A stretch of DNA of 64,000 nt. It comes from Candidatus Poribacteria bacterium (lineage in GTDB: Bacteria; Poribacteria; WGA-4E; WGA-3G). This document shows, piece by piece, positions 1 to 7,386 of the stretch. The position numbers and the translations under genes are program-made. Under the pieces are notes generated by a model, which saw only the letters and a list, made by a program, of their open reading frames with translations, did no database searches and was not told where the DNA came from. Where the stretch lies: NCBI GenBank assembly GCA_965205015.1, contig OZ242029.1, forward strand, positions 5,568,001 to 5,632,000. The letters are read 5' to 3'. Within the stretch, counting starts at the first letter, position 1. Each line of letters opens with the position of its first letter.

Positions 1-172
1 GTGCATCCATCAATCGACCGCCCCAGCGTGCGTTGACGTTCTCATCGCTTTTGAGGAGTTGATCCACGACCCGATCGAAGTCACTTTCCATCGCATTGAT
101 TTCTTCGAGCGAATAGACCCCTTTGGCGAAATAGTATCCGTTCTCCTGAAAGAATTTTCCGATATCTGACAT
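1..172 (-). CDS. Phytanoyl-CoA dioxygenase (PhyH) family protein, N-terminal part (runs off the window start)
   Basis: Not in the ORF track. Hand translation from ATG at 172 gives MSDIGKFFQENGYYFAKGVYSLEEINAMESDFDRVV..., a typical PhyH N-terminus (F.ENGY....V.S.EE). TAATG overlap with the stop of the upstream ABC gene. Confidence 0.65.
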   Translation of the reverse strand, partial: MSDIGKFFQENGYYFAKGVYSLEEINAMESDFDRVVDQLLKSDENVNARWGGRLMDA

Positions 173-966
173 TATGTTCCTGTAACCTCCAGAAAGAGTT
201 CATTAAACCAATTTGGCGAGAGACGATTTGTACCGTCGCCTTTCCTAACCTCTCGCTGTAACTTACCAAACCTGTCGAAAATAGCAAACTGTCCGCCGTT
301 TAGAATACCAACGAAGTTTTCGTTCCGAGAATCAGTATTGTACAACTTAAGGACATCCTCAAGACGATTGGTAGCAATCACGACAGTTTTTCCCATCGCT
401 TGGAGTTCACCGAGAAGCTCAACCATCTCGTCCTGTCCAGCCGGATCAAGCGGTGTGAGCGGTTCGTCCAGCAACCATAATTGGGGACCGTGTAGAAAAG
501 TTTTGGCGAATAAAAGCCGCTGCCGTTCTCCCGTTGATAGGGTACCGATTTTGACCTCACGTCGATGCTGGATGTCCATCAATTCAAGAACCGCATCAAT
601 GGCTTCCACGCGTGTCCGTTTCCTTAATTTGTATGCGGTGGCAAAAAAATTGAGGTACTTGACGACAGACATCTCAGGATACCCTTCAAACGCCACGGGG
701 ATATACCCGATGTTTGGACGCACCTGTTTCAGGTTCGCAAATGCATCAATCCCATCAATAGAGACACTCCCTGATGTCGGTGCGACTAAGGTCGCCAAAA
801 TGTTGAGTAGGAGCGTTTTCCCTGAACCATTCTTACCGAGTAGGATGAGACACTCTCCGGCTGCCACCTGAAATGTGAGTTCCGTGAGAATGGGTTTCTT
901 GTCAAAGGATTTGGACAGATTTTGGACCTCAAGCATTGCATTCGTTCTACTATATGTGAACGGCAT
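172..966 (-). CDS. ABC transporter ATP-binding protein (ABC-2/CcmA-like)
   Basis: Walker A GKNGSGKT, signature LSTGERQR, Walker B LLDEP. The H-loop reads IATNR (His replaced by Asn). Confidence 0.9.
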   Translation of the reverse strand: MPFTYSRTNAMLEVQNLSKSFDKKPILTELTFQVAAGECLILLGKNGSGKTLLLNILATLVAPTSGSVSIDGIDAFANLKQVRPNIGYIPVAFEGYPEMSVVKYLNFFATAYKLRKRTRVEAIDAVLELMDIQHRREVKIGTLSTGERQRLLFAKTFLHGPQLWLLDEPLTPLDPAGQDEMVELLGELQAMGKTVVIATNRLEDVLKLYNTDSRNENFVGILNGGQFAIFDRFGKLQREVRKGDGTNRLSPNWFNELFLEVTGT

Positions 967-987
967 GGCGGCGCATGCCTACGACTA

Positions 988-1989
988 TTAACTCAGATCC
1001 ACCTTGACGGGTGTGCCGAGTTCAGCGGATTGCCACGCAGCCTCGGTCAATTGGATGACCCGCAAACCGTTCTCAACACCGATCGGATTCTCTGTCCGTT
1101 CACCACGGATCAGCTCAATAAAAGCAACATCTTTGTTCGCTTGTTCTGGCATTTCAGATGTATCCACAAGTTCTGGGGTCCCATCCGCTTCCTGGCGATA
1201 GAGTTGCCCCTCGCGGAGATAGAGCGCGCCTTCCTCTAACCAGACAGAAAAAGCTTCCCGAACGCCGCCATACGCATGCCCGACAATGCTGATATTGCAC
1301 AAGGCACCTGTATCAAACTTAATCGACATCGCAGTAAGCACATCCACCTCAATGTCCAAGTTATCTATCATCGCGAAGACAGTATCAGGACTGGCTTCCA
1401 ACACCCAAAGGAGAATATCAATCAGGTGGCTCCCTGAGTCGTTCAGTTGCCCACCACCGCCGAGGAACGGGTCTTGTCGCCATTTCCCCTGCTGATTCCG
1501 ATACCAATTCTGCGACTGATGTGCTGTGACGAAGTTAACGCGTCCGAGCTCACCACTCTGGACGACTTGGCGACAGTATTGATACGTAGGACTCAAGTGT
1601 CGTTGATAACCAATCATCAGATGCAAACCCGTCTCTTCTACCTTCGCGATTACCTGCTTGGCATGCTCCACTGTGCAGACCATCGGTTTCTCGGTATGGA
1701 CGTGACACCCCGCGTCAAGCGCATCCATAATATGCCGGAAATGTAGACCGTGCGGTGAACTAATCACCACGGCATCCGGTTCGACAGTATCTAACATCTC
1801 AACGTGATCTGCGTAAGTCGGCAGTGACTCGTCTAAACCGACGGTCTCTTTGAACGCCTCAAGCGACGCCTCACTTGGATCGGCAAGCGCCACAATCTCC
1901 ACATCTTCGACACTTGAGACACTGCGTCCGTGCCCCCGTGCGTTGCCTCCGCACCCGATGAACGCGAAGTTTAATCTCTGTTTCGACAT
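988..1989 (-). CDS. Gfo/Idh/MocA family oxidoreductase
   Basis: IGCGGNA Rossmann motif, EKP motif, GGG.LND.GSH.ID. Confidence 0.92.
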   Translation of the reverse strand: MSKQRLNFAFIGCGGNARGHGRSVSSVEDVEIVALADPSEASLEAFKETVGLDESLPTYADHVEMLDTVEPDAVVISSPHGLHFRHIMDALDAGCHVHTEKPMVCTVEHAKQVIAKVEETGLHLMIGYQRHLSPTYQYCRQVVQSGELGRVNFVTAHQSQNWYRNQQGKWRQDPFLGGGGQLNDSGSHLIDILLWVLEASPDTVFAMIDNLDIEVDVLTAMSIKFDTGALCNISIVGHAYGGVREAFSVWLEEGALYLREGQLYRQEADGTPELVDTSEMPEQANKDVAFIELIRGERTENPIGVENGLRVIQLTEAAWQSAELGTPVKVDLS

Positions 1990-2022
1990 ATCTGCTCCTG
2001 TTTCGTTGTCTGTTAATGTCTG

Positions 2023-2349
2023 TTAATCTGACACTTGCTGTTCCAACCACGTGATGAATATGTCCAGTTCCGAAACTGCATTAAAGTAACTGTTAGATGG
2101 AAGCCCCCAAACAGCGATATCAATATCCGACTGTTCTGAAAACCAATCCTGTTCGGCAAGCGATCCGAAGACTGCCACCCGTGTTGCCCCGAAGTTTTCA
2201 TAGAGCATAACTGCTACTTGGCGTGCGATCTTCCAGGCGCGGCACAGTAACGCCTCATCCACCGGATCCCGGTTTTGGAAGTGCTGATTAAGACGCAAGC
2301 GGTACTGTTTCAATTCCTCAGGTGATAACTCTTTCGCAGTGCGAGGCAT
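2023..2349 (-). pseudogene. MNT-type nucleotidyltransferase (MntA-like antitoxin), apparently truncated and fused to a HEPN-like C-terminal tail
   Basis: VAVFGSLA...SDIDIAV (GS-x10-DxD). The downstream 'IDLV' strand is missing and the ORF ends ELDIFITWLEQQVSD. No HEPN partner gene is adjacent. Confidence 0.55.
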
Positions 2350-2608
2350 ATCGGACGCGCCTTGGAGAATAGAATACCACGAAATGCGTTTTGCGTGCAA
2401 GAGAAGAAATTAGAGGTTGCGGCATGGTGTCGCCCAGTGTTTAATAAATGAACACTATCGCACAAATTATGACGGAAATAGGTCGAAATCCACCAATTTT
2501 ATGTTGAATTGTGGGTGGCATACAATTTGCAATAAAATAAGATAATAGATGACCTCAGGTGCCTGAAAGACCTACAGCAGTGGGCAAAACTCAAAGGAGA
2601 ACACTATC

Positions 2609-4936
2609 ATGCAAAAGTCGTTTTATCTTTTTCTCGCCATAAGTTTAGGTGTGTTAGCAAGCTGGTTTCCACGTGTATGCGCGGAAGGGCATAATGACCA
2701 AGAAGTACCAGAAGTGGAAGAGGTGACGGTTACTGCCACACGCGCCGAGAAAGAGCCTTTCAAAACGCCTAACGCCATCACTGTTCTTAACCTAAAGCAC
2801 TTGGAACGGACCAAGGCAGAGCATGCGTCCAACCTCCTTCGGGACTCGGTCGGTGTTATCGCTCAGGAGACGACAGTCGGACAAGGATCGCCGATGCTTC
2901 GGAGTTTAACCGGTTACCAAACCCTCATACAGGTTGACTGGGTACGCCTCAATAATTCAACATTTCGTTCAGGACCAAATCAGTACACAGCAACCATCGG
3001 ACCGGAGATGTTAGATCGAGCAGAGGTGTTACTCGGTTCAAGTTCTATGCTATATGGAAGCGGGGCGATGGGCGGTGTTGTGAGTTTCTTCACGAAAGCG
3101 GTACCAATGGATCCATCACAAAAAACTTTGGAAATACATCCACGACTCCTTGCTCGCTACTCGACAGCGACACAGGAACGCCTCGGTCGGTTGGAGGTAA
3201 CAGGAAACCAAGGGCGGTTCGGATTTATCGCTGGGGGTGGCGTGCGGTTCTATGGAGATGTAAACCCTGGGAGCGGGTACGACCTCCACTACAAAAATCG
3301 GAAGTATGAAATCGTGGACGCAATACCGACGGGTGTGAAACTTTATGCGTATGATGAGGTAAGGGCGATACCCAAGGATAACATTCCTGAGAGATGGCTC
3401 ATTGACAGTGAAGGTCCTCTGGGTTGGCAAGCCTACGATGCCAACGCAAAATTTGGGTATCAACTCAGCAATACAAGCACTCTCAACGTTGCTTATCAGA
3501 TGTGGCGGCAGCCGCAAACACCGCGGTATGATAAAATCGCACCGCAGGAGTTTGATGAATTCTTTTTCGAACCACAAGATCGGGATCTCATCTATGCCAA
3601 TTATTTACTAACCCCAGCAGAAGGAAACATTGACACATTCCGAGCAACAGCCTCTTATCACCGCCAAAAAGAGGGACGAAACGAGGTGAAACGCGGGGCA
3701 ACAGCGCGACGGCATCGATACGACACTGTTAACACCATCGGCTTGAGTGCACAAGCGGTCAACTCAATCCTGCCTCGTCAACGTTTGGTCGGCGGTGCTG
3801 AATTCTATTTTGATACGATACAGAGTCGGACCGTTAAAACCGATAAAGGTAAGGAAGATATTGACGAGACAAAAGGGCGCTTCATTGATGGTTCTCAGTT
3901 CTGGGATGCGAGTCTGTATCTTCAAGATGAGATTAGGATACATGACCGTATTGAACTCACACTCGGTGGGCGCGCGACGTTTTATCAAACCAATGCCGAC
4001 CTCTCCGTTCGAGATCCGGCTTTTGATGTGTTCAATGTCTTCGACAACAGTTTGACGGGAAGTGCCGGTGTGGTTGTCAGTTTGACAGAGTACCTGAACT
4101 TCGTAAGCAACTTTGGAACAGCATTTCGCGCGCCTTCGTTGAACGATACAACGGCGGTGGAAGTCACCAATGAAGGGGTCACGGCACCGAGTCCCGATCT
4201 GAGACCAGAGACTTCGTGGACGGCTGAAGCCGGTCTCAAGGCAAAACATTCCTACTTCCGTGGTGCTTTAACACTGTTCTACAGCCAGGTCAGCGATTTG
4301 GTGGGACGCAAATCTGTTCAAGAGGCATATACGGGTCAAGAACTCCCTCAGCTCCATCAAGACCTCATCAGACAGTACCCGGATATTGACGTACTCGTCT
4401 TTGATAACATCGATCAAGCACAGTTTCTGGGGTTTGAATTCGCTGGACTCGTTCCGATTCAGTCCGATTTTTCGGTCTTTGGTAATGTAGCATTGCTCCG
4501 TGGGGAAGTCCTCACGATTGGTGGCAAAGCCCCGGATCCAAGTAAGCCTTGGGAAGCACGCACCCGTAGGGAACCGCCGTTGAACGGCATCATCGGAGTC
4601 CAGTGGGAACCGCTGAATACACGGTACTGGGCGATGTTCTTTGTACGTGGTGCAGCCGAACAGAGACGGTTGAACAGAAGCGACATCCGCGACCCACGGA
4701 TTCAGGGATCCACGCGCGATCCGGCGGAAGTTGAATTTGACGCTGACGGTGCCGCTATAGATGCCGGTACACCGGGATGGTTTACACTGAACGTCCGCGG
4801 GGGCGTCAAGCTTTTTGATTACACACGTTTGACACTCTCGCTTGATAATCTACTGAACAAACGGTATCGTCAACACGGTTCCGGTGTGAATTCCCCAGGC
4901 TTCAATGTGAGTTTGAGCCTGGACAATCGGTTTTAA
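2609..4936 (+). CDS. TonB-dependent outer-membrane receptor
   Basis: Signal peptide, TonB box EEVTVTATR, plug motif SSMLYGSGAMGGVV, C-terminal NLLNKRY...PGFNVSLSLDNRF with terminal Phe. RBS AAGGAG. Confidence 0.93.
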   Translation: MQKSFYLFLAISLGVLASWFPRVCAEGHNDQEVPEVEEVTVTATRAEKEPFKTPNAITVLNLKHLERTKAEHASNLLRDSVGVIAQETTVGQGSPMLRSLTGYQTLIQVDWVRLNNSTFRSGPNQYTATIGPEMLDRAEVLLGSSSMLYGSGAMGGVVSFFTKAVPMDPSQKTLEIHPRLLARYSTATQERLGRLEVTGNQGRFGFIAGGGVRFYGDVNPGSGYDLHYKNRKYEIVDAIPTGVKLYAYDEVRAIPKDNIPERWLIDSEGPLGWQAYDANAKFGYQLSNTSTLNVAYQMWRQPQTPRYDKIAPQEFDEFFFEPQDRDLIYANYLLTPAEGNIDTFRATASYHRQKEGRNEVKRGATARRHRYDTVNTIGLSAQAVNSILPRQRLVGGAEFYFDTIQSRTVKTDKGKEDIDETKGRFIDGSQFWDASLYLQDEIRIHDRIELTLGGRATFYQTNADLSVRDPAFDVFNVFDNSLTGSAGVVVSLTEYLNFVSNFGTAFRAPSLNDTTAVEVTNEGVTAPSPDLRPETSWTAEAGLKAKHSYFRGALTLFYSQVSDLVGRKSVQEAYTGQELPQLHQDLIRQYPDIDVLVFDNIDQAQFLGFEFAGLVPIQSDFSVFGNVALLRGEVLTIGGKAPDPSKPWEARTRREPPLNGIIGVQWEPLNTRYWAMFFVRGAAEQRRLNRSDIRDPRIQGSTRDPAEVEFDADGAAIDAGTPGWFTLNVRGGVKLFDYTRLTLSLDNLLNKRYRQHGSGVNSPGFNVSLSLDNRF

Positions 4937-4937
4937 T

Positions 4938-5001
4938 AGTTGCCGGTTGTCGGTTATTAGTTGTCGGTTAAACTGAAACTAACGACTGATAACTAACAAC
5001 C
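4938..5001. repeat. Inverted arrays of degenerate 7-mer tandem repeats (TTGTCGG-like / AACTAAC-like) between convergent genes, possibly terminator-like
   Basis: ttgccgg-ttgtcgg-ttattag-ttgtcgg is followed by a roughly complementary arm aactgaaactaacgactgataactaacaac. Confidence 0.6.
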
Positions 5002-5003
5002 CT

Positions 5004-5516
5004 TCATAGCATATCATACTTCTTTTTGATAAATTCAACCACGACTGCTGGCACCATCTCCAGCAACTTTTCCTCACTCACCTTCCGTTGTGCCATTTGC
5101 ACAACCTCCATCACGAGCGTTGAACTGATATGTGCGTATTGCGTATTCGCCATCATAAAGAGGGTATCAATGTCCGGGGCGATCTGCTGATTCATCCGTG
5201 CCATTTTGAACTCCCACTCGAAATCGGAAATCTCACGTAAACCGCGGATAATGGCACACGCGCCGCGTGCCTGTGCGTAATGCACTGTCAACCCGGTATA
5301 TCCATCAATCGTGGCTTGCGGATACGGTTCAATGACAGCCTCAAGCATCTCAGTCCGTTCCTCAAGCGTAAAGCGCGCCGGTTTGACGGGATTCACACCA
5401 ATAGCGACAACGAGTTCATCAAAGACACCGAGATTGCAAATCCGATTGATGAGGTCGACGTGTCCATTCGTGACCGGGTCGAAACTCGCGGGAAAGATGG
5501 CGATTTTCTTTGGCAT
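5004..5516 (-). CDS. coaD: Pantetheine-phosphate adenylyltransferase
   Basis: IAIFPASFDPVTNGH, IIRGLR..SDFE.E, ISSTLV. Start reassigned to ATG 5516 (MPKKIAIF). Confidence 0.95.
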   Translation of the reverse strand: MPKKIAIFPASFDPVTNGHVDLINRICNLGVFDELVVAIGVNPVKPARFTLEERTEMLEAVIEPYPQATIDGYTGLTVHYAQARGACAIIRGLREISDFEWEFKMARMNQQIAPDIDTLFMMANTQYAHISSTLVMEVVQMAQRKVSEEKLLEMVPAVVVEFIKKKYDML

Positions 5517-5574
5517 GTTTTTTAATGATTCCTTGCGGTTGGTTCGGGTGAGTCTGGATCCGAAGGTTGTTCCC

Positions 5575-5607
5575 CGTAGAACCCCCCTCCATTTCATTAC
5601 GGGCTAC
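5575..5607 (-). repeat. GTAG-initiated REP-like element (gtagcccgtaatgaaatggaggggggttctacg) in the coaD leader
   Basis: Starts with GTAG and ends in CTAC on the minus strand, like other GTAG repeats in the window. Confidence 0.45.
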
Positions 5608-5622
5608 ACACTTGCCATTCAC

Positions 5623-5713
5623 ATTTTATCACAAATACCCGCGTACAGCAAGTCCTCCTGTTTTTAGCAAAAATCAAAAAAAGTTGCTTGTATTTTTGCA
5701 CGCGTGATATAAT
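5623..5713. promoter_or_regulatory. Divergent sigma70-like promoters: coaD (TTGCTG-N17-TAAAAT, minus) and ThuA gene (TTGCTT-N18-TATAAT with extended TGn -10, plus)
   Basis: Motifs read directly in the divergent intergenic region. Confidence 0.55.
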
Positions 5714-5743
5714 AGCACTATCACATAGCAAGGAGGCTAACTC

Positions 5744-6376
5744 ATGGCAAAAATTAACACACTTGTCTTTGCAGGTGGAGCCATCCACGACTGGAAAGGC
5801 TGTAGTGATGAAATTGTGAAGGTGCTCTCACAACGAGATGAATTTGAGATTACCCGAGTCGAGGAAGACTTGGACGCTCTCGTTTCACCGAATTTAGATC
5901 CCTACGATCTCATTGTTTTCTATTACACAGTCGGCGAGATTTCGGACGCACAGAAGAACGGTTTGCTGAACCACGTCGCTTCAGGCAAGGGATATGTCGG
6001 TGTCCATTCAGCCGCAGATTCGTTTCGCGGGTGTCCAGAGTACCGCTCCATGGTAGGCGGTTATTTCGTTACACATCCCCGCTACCGTGACTACCAAGTC
6101 AGTATCGTCGATGGTGAACACGAAATTACCAAAGGACTCGACGAGTTCGTCGTTACGGATGAGCAGTATATCCTCGATTACGATCCTCGGAACCACATAC
6201 TCGCGTCAGCATTATGGCAAGGTGCAGCGGCACCCGTGGCATGGACCAAGAACTGGGGCGAAGGTAAAGTATTTTATCTCGCGCTCGGTCATGACGCTGC
6301 AGCGTGTCAGCACGAGATGTTTGGGACGCTCCTGGAACGCGGTGCGCTCTGGGCAGGCGGCAACGGCGACGCGTAA
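5744..6376 (+). CDS. ThuA-like domain protein (class I glutamine amidotransferase-like fold)
   Basis: HDW, G.GYVGVHSA.DSF, GG.F.THP, DEQY, W.K.WG.GKVFY.ALGHD. RBS GGAGG. Confidence 0.88.
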   Translation: MAKINTLVFAGGAIHDWKGCSDEIVKVLSQRDEFEITRVEEDLDALVSPNLDPYDLIVFYYTVGEISDAQKNGLLNHVASGKGYVGVHSAADSFRGCPEYRSMVGGYFVTHPRYRDYQVSIVDGEHEITKGLDEFVVTDEQYILDYDPRNHILASALWQGAAAPVAWTKNWGEGKVFYLALGHDAAACQHEMFGTLLERGALWAGGNGDA

Positions 6377-6379
6377 ATG

Positions 6380-6581
6380 CTTATCGGCTATCGGCAGTCG
6401 GTTACAAGAGGTTTTTGATAATGCTGAGGGAGGACCGGATTTAGCATTGGCGGGCAGGTACAAGACCTGCCTCTAATTGGCGGGCAGGTACAAGACCTGC
6501 CCCTACAGATCCGTTCCTTGTATTACATTGCAAAAAATACACCTCTTTGCTGACGGAGAACCGATAGCCGAAAGCCGAGAG
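6380..6581. repeat. Composite repeat: tandem pair of GTAG-type REPs (minus-strand gtaggggcaggtcttgtacctgcccgccaa, 6444-6506) flanked by inverted heptamer arms
   Basis: Direct repeat ttggcgggcaggtacaagacctgcc x2. Arms are ttatcggctatcgg... and ...ccgatagccgaaagccga. Related copies at 45199 and 46955-47008. Confidence 0.8.
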
Positions 6582-6586
6582 CCACT

Positions 6587-7267
6587 ATGAAACAAAAAAT
6601 TACCAGTATTCAGGTAGTTCCTGAATTGCCTTCACATCAACACCTCTTTCTGAATGGCACTCCATTTGTTGTGATCCATACATCTTTGGTCGAAAAATTT
6701 GGGTTACGTATCGGTTTGGAAATTGAAGCTGAGATCATTGAAAAGTTAATTGCGGCGGATGAAGTGATGCGAGCGAAGAACTACGCGCTCAGGCTACGCT
6801 GTGAAGAGAAGGACAACACCACAGCAGAAGGGTCAGAGGATCTCCAACCTTCAGGAAAACCTAAAATTTATACCAAAAGTGAGATGGAACAGCGACTTGC
6901 ACGAGAAGGCTTCTCAACCCAAGCGATTGAAACATGTATTGAAGAATTGATTCATTCGGGACACATTCGCGACCGGAAGTATGCAGAGAATTGGATCGTT
7001 CGTAGGCAAAAATCGAATCCACGTGGAAAAATGCTGCTTAAGAACGAACTGGTCAACAAAGGCATCGACCGAGAAACAGCGGAACAAGTCGTCGCAACCG
7101 TAGAAACCGAAGACGAAACGAAAGTTGCACTCCAGATCGCCAAAAAACGGGCGAAACAGTATGAACGGCTCCCGATTCATGTCGCCAAACGCCGATTACA
7201 CGGATTTTTGGCAAGACGTGGGTTCGGGTCAGAAACCGTTCGGCAGGTACTCGAGCAGATTTTTTAA
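6587..7267 (+). CDS. recX: Regulatory protein RecX
   Basis: AKNYALRL...I.D.KYA..W...R...PRG...LK.EL..KGI...RL..FLARRGF. Lies directly upstream of alaS. Confidence 0.88.
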   Translation: MKQKITSIQVVPELPSHQHLFLNGTPFVVIHTSLVEKFGLRIGLEIEAEIIEKLIAADEVMRAKNYALRLRCEEKDNTTAEGSEDLQPSGKPKIYTKSEMEQRLAREGFSTQAIETCIEELIHSGHIRDRKYAENWIVRRQKSNPRGKMLLKNELVNKGIDRETAEQVVATVETEDETKVALQIAKKRAKQYERLPIHVAKRRLHGFLARRGFGSETVRQVLEQIF

Positions 7268-7323
7268 CGCACCAGCACATCACATCAAAGTTTCCCGAAC
7301 GGATCTTTGTATCCGTTTTTGCC

Positions 7324-7353
7324 TTGACTTCTCTGTAAGAAATAGACTATAAT
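7324..7353 (+). promoter_or_regulatory. sigma70-like promoter for alaS (TTGACT-N18-TATAAT)
   Basis: Near-consensus -35/-10 about 35 nt upstream of the alaS ATG. Confidence 0.65.
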
Positions 7354-7386
7354 TTAGGAATAGGATAACGTAGGAGAGCGTCTCAT

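Noticed and set aside
2400-2608. Cobalamin riboswitch or Fur box upstream of the TonB-dependent receptor
   Set aside because: No B12-box or GGGAA core recognisable, and only a partial GATAAT without the inverted half.
2909-2914. Avoidance of WCCGGW sites as support for the BsaWI-like specificity
   Set aside because: Sites such as ACCGGT here occur repeatedly; no depletion is evident by eye and proper counting was not possible.
6444-6506. Tandem palindromic repeats as CRISPR or a Rho-independent terminator
   Set aside because: Essentially no spacer and no U-tract; dispersed copies elsewhere fit a REP family.
7268-7386. T-box leader before alaS
   Set aside because: The leader from the putative promoter is only about 30 nt and has no T-box motif.
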